DNA of 64,000 nucleotides. Source: a virus. Its lineage: Duplodnaviria; Heunggongvirae; Uroviricota; Caudoviricetes. Every line of letters starts with the position of its first letter. The first letter of the stretch is position 1. Where the stretch lies: the IMG/VR virus record IMGVR_UViG_3300006217_000002; one strand, 5' to 3'. The position numbers and the translations under genes were made by a program. The notes beneath the pieces were generated by a model. That model saw only the letters and a program-made list of their open reading frames with translations, made no database searches and was not told the DNA's origin. Shown one piece after another: positions 59,117 through 64,000 of the stretch.

Positions 59117-59731
59117 ATGGAAATGGATACAAAGAGTATTAATTTTTTTACTCGATATTTATCTGAAGCTCCTGATGAAACTCCACCAGATGTAGCTGCA
59201 GCTCAAGAAGATTCAGGAACACCTGATGTACCTGAAAATGGACCAGACATTGATGCTGGACCTCCAGATATGTCAGATGATATAGGTGAAGAAACAACAG
59301 ATGATGGACCACCAGATCTTGATGATAATTTTGATAGTGGATTTGGTGGAGATGATACAAGTGATGAAGATAATCAGGAAGGAGAAGGATCTGATCCTGA
59401 AAAAGTTGATCTTGGTCTTGATGAAAAGGTATCAGCTATTATGAATCAGCAACTATATCAGCGTTTTTTAAATCTGATTAGTTCCATCGCTAATCAATTA
59501 ACGATGATTAAAAATAATAATGATATCTTATATACATTATCTGAAGACACATTGGAAACTGAATCTTCATTGAAGAAGCTGGATGAAAACATTCGTTTAT
59601 ACATTAAATACAACTTCGTTAATGAGAACTACAGTAAGAACCTACTATTCTTTAACAAATGCTTGAATTTGTTAAAGTTACTTAATGACGCTTTCGATAA
59701 GAATATTCGGAAGGGAATAAAGGACTTGTAG
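59117..59731 (+). CDS. Putative head assembly/scaffold-like protein with acidic Pro-Asp N-terminus
   Basis: LSEAP then repeated PPD motifs; immediately upstream of the capsid gene. Confidence 0.55.
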   Translation: MEMDTKSINFFTRYLSEAPDETPPDVAAAQEDSGTPDVPENGPDIDAGPPDMSDDIGEETTDDGPPDLDDNFDSGFGGDDTSDEDNQEGEGSDPEKVDLGLDEKVSAIMNQQLYQRFLNLISSIANQLTMIKNNNDILYTLSEDTLETESSLKKLDENIRLYIKYNFVNENYSKNLLFFNKCLNLLKLLNDAFDKNIRKGIKDL

Positions 59732-59813
59732 TAACCATTATGTAAAATACTGCATACTCAAGACTTTATGAGTAACTAAGTAAAAAATCTATAGAAAAGG
59801 AGATTGAATCATT

Positions 59814-61667
59814 ATGAATGGAAACAAAGTTAGCTGGTTTTATGAATCAGCAAGCGAACGCGAAAGAAGTGGCTACACACCTAGCAAGAGTTCCTTCGGC
59901 GTTTATATTGGTGAAGGAATGAAAACATTCGATGAGCATTTCGAAGATCTGTACAATCAATACAAAGAAAGTCAGGGCATTGATATTAAACGTGATATCA
60001 ATGGTATGATTGGTGACAGGACTTTCATGGAAAACTATAAAACAGACCTTATGGCTCCTGTATTGGAAGGCTTCCAGGAAATGTCACCTAATGATCCTCA
60101 TATCCAGAGTATCATTGAGAATGTTAACAGGTTCTGGGATACTAAGGTAAAGACTTTCTCTGAGTCTGCTTCTATGCTCGGATTCCTTCCTATTTCCACA
60201 CTGGAATTCCCTGTACTGGTTAAACAGTTCTTCAGTTCTATTCTTAAGGATATTATTGAAGTTGAAACCACCAAGACTCCAAGTATCACGAAGCATGTTC
60301 GTACAACTTATCTGGTTGATAATCAGACCGGAGATGAGTATGAATATCCTAAGTGTATGTTTGATGGCACATGGGAGAAGGTATTCGATGCTTCTAAGGG
60401 TCTGAAAATTCCTGAGAACGTTGTTCCTCTTACCAATGGTCGTCTATGGAAGCATGATATTATCGCAATGGCTGGCGGTGTTGCTGGTATCGATAGAATG
60501 AGCTTCCAGTTCAAGATTATTGCTATTCAGGCTTCTGTTGGTGGCAAGGATGAGGTCATTCCGCTGCGTGGAAATGGTATCACCGTTGAGTTCTCCACTA
60601 ATGGTACTCTTGTTAATGGTGATCTGAACTTTGATTACAATGGAACTTTAATTGACGATGTACTTGGAGGTCAGGTTGACTTCAAGAATGGTACGATTAC
60701 AATTGCTTCTGCATCCGGTCAGGTTACTGGTGTAGTATTTAGCGGTTATCTTTCTAATGAGAAGAATCTGCGTCATGTATCCGTAAGAGAGAAGAGAGAC
60801 ATTCTGAAGTTCCAGATCGAAGATGGCCCTCGTTGGAATATGCCGTTCTCTATCGAAGAGATCGAAGATGCTGCAGCTCTGCTTGATATTAATTACTACA
60901 ATCGTATGGTTGATGAAATCGTTCGTACACAGGAAATGCAGGAGTGCATGACTGTTATTAAGTTCCTGAACGATGAATTCATGAAGTTCAATGGAGTAGA
61001 AACAGATACATTTAAGCTTGAGAGTGTTGCTCAGACATATAAGGTAGATCTGGATCCTGCATCTATGACACCTAACTTCGCTGGCGATCCTTACAAGTTC
61101 ATGAGTACTGCAATTCAGTTCCGTCTGAAAGGTATTATTCATCAGCTTATGGATATGACCAAGTTGGATGATATGTCCTTCATTATCGTTGGTAACCCGA
61201 TGGCTTGCCAGCTGATCAATGAATTCGTTCAGTGGAAATCTCAGACTGGTTCTACCATCGGTGGTATCAGTGTAAACAACAGCTATGGCTTTGCAACAGA
61301 TCTTGGTGCAAATATCCGTGTTGTAGCTACTAACCTGTATGATGCATACACTGTTGATAAGGTTGATGATACAGGCGATCGTGAGCTTATCCTCCACATC
61401 TATGGTTATCCTACAGATGCAGAACATGTCAGCCAGCGTCACCTTAAGTATACATCTCACCTGTTCACAAGTCAGAGCCAGACTGCATATCAGTCCACTC
61501 AGGCCCCTGGTGGTGCATACAACATCGTTACAGCAACAAGCCGCTTCAAGACTATCTCTGTTCAGGGCATTCAGGCTAGACTCGTTATGCTTAATAGTGA
61601 TCGTGTATATGGTCCGGCTCCTAAGAGACCTCCTGTACTTGGTGCACCTTGGCAGGCTGCTGCGTAA
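59814..61667 (+). CDS. Major capsid protein (AR9/phiKZ-like)
   Basis: 617 aa; strongly biased, high-expression codon usage; N-terminal propeptide ending near FSESAS followed by LPISTLEFPVLVK; in a head-gene cluster and followed by a strong terminator. Confidence 0.75.
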   Translation: MNGNKVSWFYESASERERSGYTPSKSSFGVYIGEGMKTFDEHFEDLYNQYKESQGIDIKRDINGMIGDRTFMENYKTDLMAPVLEGFQEMSPNDPHIQSIIENVNRFWDTKVKTFSESASMLGFLPISTLEFPVLVKQFFSSILKDIIEVETTKTPSITKHVRTTYLVDNQTGDEYEYPKCMFDGTWEKVFDASKGLKIPENVVPLTNGRLWKHDIIAMAGGVAGIDRMSFQFKIIAIQASVGGKDEVIPLRGNGITVEFSTNGTLVNGDLNFDYNGTLIDDVLGGQVDFKNGTITIASASGQVTGVVFSGYLSNEKNLRHVSVREKRDILKFQIEDGPRWNMPFSIEEIEDAAALLDINYYNRMVDEIVRTQEMQECMTVIKFLNDEFMKFNGVETDTFKLESVAQTYKVDLDPASMTPNFAGDPYKFMSTAIQFRLKGIIHQLMDMTKLDDMSFIIVGNPMACQLINEFVQWKSQTGSTIGGISVNNSYGFATDLGANIRVVATNLYDAYTVDKVDDTGDRELILHIYGYPTDAEHVSQRHLKYTSHLFTSQSQTAYQSTQAPGGAYNIVTATSRFKTISVQGIQARLVMLNSDRVYGPAPKRPPVLGAPWQAAA

Positions 61668-61698
61668 TGTAACTGTAAATCAACAAAATTAACATAAG

Positions 61699-61731
61699 TA
61701 AGTAGGTGAGGGATAATCCCTCACCTACTTA
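61699..61731 (+). terminator. Hairpin terminator after the capsid gene
   Basis: 16-bp stem TAAGTAGGTGAGGGAT/ATCCCTCACCTACTTA followed by a T-rich tract. Confidence 0.85.
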
Positions 61732-61796
61732 TCTTTGTTTTAGTTTACTAGTTTATAATGTCATTAAAGAATCTATAGTAAAGGAGATAGATAAAT

Positions 61797-64000
61797 ATGG
61801 GAAGAATTAAAAGTAAAAAACAAGTTCGAGATGGTTTTTTAGGTGATCTCCCTGAATCAGTTCAGAATAGAGTTATGGCCGTTCATAAACTAGTAGTTGA
61901 AACAACAAATTCAGTTATGAAAAATAAAAACTACGAGGACATAATCCATACTCAATGGGCAAAATCTATGTTAGATGAATTTCTAACTATGCCAGCTGAT
62001 AAAAAACAAACTGGATCAGTTAGAGTATATAAACAAGGAAAACGTTTCTCTTGTATGATACAGTTAACTGGTCATGTCACAAATGATAGAAACGATATTG
62101 ATCATGAGTTATTCCATGATATGATTAGAAATATCCATGTTTCTATGAGATCTAAAGTAAGAAGAAAATTCGATATGACTCTTACATGTGAATCAGAACA
62201 CGGAGAACATTTCGAAGGATTCGATGTATGGACCAAGCAAAAAGAAGCGAAGGAAATATGGGAACTCTTCAGCGATAAGACTACTAAAGATATCAGAGAG
62301 TTTAAAGAATCAGCAGACAATGACAGTGATAAAGAAGTAATAATTGTAGAGTTTTCTGATCTTCCTGGTGGCATTCAAAAATTTGTGGAACATACAAAAT
62401 CGCAGATTGTTGAATGTATCAATGAGTATGCACAAAAAAATAGATATAATGCTTTATATGGAACTAAAACAGTGTATAAGAATTTTTTAAATAATGTATC
62501 TGGTAAATTACCAACATCTGTAACAATTGGAGATACTTATTTAAGAAGGAATTCTGATTATACGCATGAAGGAAGTATTGTTGTTACACCAGAACCAAAT
62601 TCTACAATCACATCAGAATATTATGAATACATGAATTCTTTGGAAAATGAATTATTGATGGAAGTGTTTGAATCAGTTAATGAGAAAGTATCTCAAATTG
62701 ATTTCACAAAAAAATTAGTTCTTACAGAGAATTCTATAGGAAAATATTTTGAGTTATATCTAACTCCTGAATATGCACAAAAACTATTTGAGTATTTTGA
62801 AGAAAGAGATGTTTGCAATGAAACTATTATAGCTGAAAGCAGCAAGAATGAATCGATTCCTGAATACAATACTGATATGACTGAAGCAGAGGCAAAACGT
62901 ACTCTTCGTACATTATCTCAGGAAATGATTAATGGTATGAAGAATGATAAGAATTATAAGGTGACACAATACAAGGCTAATATTTATGCCAATATTATCA
63001 CTAAGAATCTATTACCTAGATGGGCTAAAGGTTTTAGAAAGTTCTCCATCACTTTAGATTCATATCAATCATTCTTCACATTCGAGTTCAAAGTTCCCAA
63101 CATGACTCAGGATTTTGTTTCTCGCTTCATTGAAGGAAGAGAATCTCTTAATGGATTCATTCATAGAAATTCTGAGATCAAGGTTAAAATGTCTCCGAGG
63201 ATATTCCATACGATGGAAAATCCTGATGACGCATTTAATTTCTTCAAGAGTGCTATTAAGTATTATAACGAAGGAATCTTAAAAGCTGGAGACAAATTGA
63301 TGGCTTCTGCTATGAAGATGAATAGAGAGATGAAACACTTGGTATCAACTACTAAATTGTCTGGTATTGTTACAATGCCTATGCAATTACTATTCGTATT
63401 TGATGATGTCAAGATGAGTAACAAAGATACATTCAAAGTATCTCAGGAAGATATCAATGCAGTTAACTCGTTCATCAAAGGAATTTATACAAAATATGCA
63501 TCTCCTGAAAAAGAAAAGAAACAGATAGTTGATGACGTAAAAGACATGGTTAAAGCTTTAAGAGAATATTGTGAGAATGATTTTAATATCACTCAGATAT
63601 CTTTATTTCCCGAAGCGTTGGAAGAATACTTTGATGGTAAGATGCAGCCTATTCTTGAATCATTTAACAGGTCATGGATATATGAACATCTTGACATGGA
63701 CTGGGTAAATAAACAAAAGAATCCTCAAACTAAATATCTTCAGGAAAAGTTTGGAGTTAAGAAACTTAAGAAGATCCCTACCGATCTTGTAGCATACATC
63801 ACTATTGAGACTGAATGTATTAAAGATTCAAACGATAAGATGATGATTGCATCCTATTGTTTAGGGAAGATTGAAATTGTAGAATGGTATATTGAACTCC
63901 TTGAAGTAGGAAGTAAAAAATATATTGTACCTCATACAAAACCTTATCTTGATTCAGTAAGAACTCAACTACTTGCATGCTACAAAAAAATTATGGAAAC
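61797..64000 (+). CDS. Large putative virion protein, truncated by the window end (not in the ORF track)
   Basis: AAAGGAG RBS, ATG 61797 (MGRIKSKKQVRDGFLGDLPES...); the same frame is still open at 64000 (...LLACYKKIME). Confidence 0.75.
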   Translation, partial: MGRIKSKKQVRDGFLGDLPESVQNRVMAVHKLVVETTNSVMKNKNYEDIIHTQWAKSMLDEFLTMPADKKQTGSVRVYKQGKRFSCMIQLTGHVTNDRNDIDHELFHDMIRNIHVSMRSKVRRKFDMTLTCESEHGEHFEGFDVWTKQKEAKEIWELFSDKTTKDIREFKESADNDSDKEVIIVEFSDLPGGIQKFVEHTKSQIVECINEYAQKNRYNALYGTKTVYKNFLNNVSGKLPTSVTIGDTYLRRNSDYTHEGSIVVTPEPNSTITSEYYEYMNSLENELLMEVFESVNEKVSQIDFTKKLVLTENSIGKYFELYLTPEYAQKLFEYFEERDVCNETIIAESSKNESIPEYNTDMTEAEAKRTLRTLSQEMINGMKNDKNYKVTQYKANIYANIITKNLLPRWAKGFRKFSITLDSYQSFFTFEFKVPNMTQDFVSRFIEGRESLNGFIHRNSEIKVKMSPRIFHTMENPDDAFNFFKSAIKYYNEGILKAGDKLMASAMKMNREMKHLVSTTKLSGIVTMPMQLLFVFDDVKMSNKDTFKVSQEDINAVNSFIKGIYTKYASPEKEKKQIVDDVKDMVKALREYCENDFNITQISLFPEALEEYFDGKMQPILESFNRSWIYEHLDMDWVNKQKNPQTKYLQEKFGVKKLKKIPTDLVAYITIETECIKDSNDKMMIASYCLGKIEIVEWYIELLEVGSKKYIVPHTKPYLDSVRTQLLACYKKIME

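Noticed and set aside
60648-61460. 270-aa antisense ORF inside the capsid gene
   Set aside because: Shadow ORF expected from the biased codon usage of a highly expressed gene; no RBS or protein motifs
1-64000. Alternative genetic code (stop-codon reassignment)
   Set aside because: Known proteins are full-length under the standard code with high coding density; TAA, TAG and TGA all end genes

Overview
AT-rich 64-kb segment of a jumbo bacteriophage genome of the phiKZ/AR9 (PBS1)-like type, meaning it encodes its own multisubunit RNA polymerase. The host is most likely a spore-forming, probably anaerobic Firmicute, inferred from strong AGGAGG Shine-Dalgarno sites, a SpoIIID homologue and Fe-S radical SAM enzymes. 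Recognisable core genes: N-terminal half of a split RNAP beta subunit, SbcD/Mre11 nuclease, RusA-like resolvase, GroEL-like chaperonin, SF2 and DnaB-like helicases, dCTP deaminase, ThyX, thymidylate kinase, tail fibre, Ig/LRR adhesin, baseplate proteins, head proteins and the major capsid protein. The most striking accessory feature is a seven-gene operon (14791-20821, minus strand) directly downstream of the tail-fibre genes. It encodes a protein ending in (C-H-S-x)4 repeats followed by three radical SAM enzymes, a candidate RiPP-like system that modifies a virion protein. Other notable items: a four-enzyme-domain polyprotein apparently punctuated by head-protease sites, a head-protein/kinase fusion, a MazF-like fusion, a domain triplicated across a fibre/adhesin gene boundary, a strand-specific G-U-rich hairpin and phage-RNAP promoter-like motifs. 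No tRNA, rRNA, CRISPR array or transposase was seen. All functional calls come from motif recognition by eye; no database searches were run.
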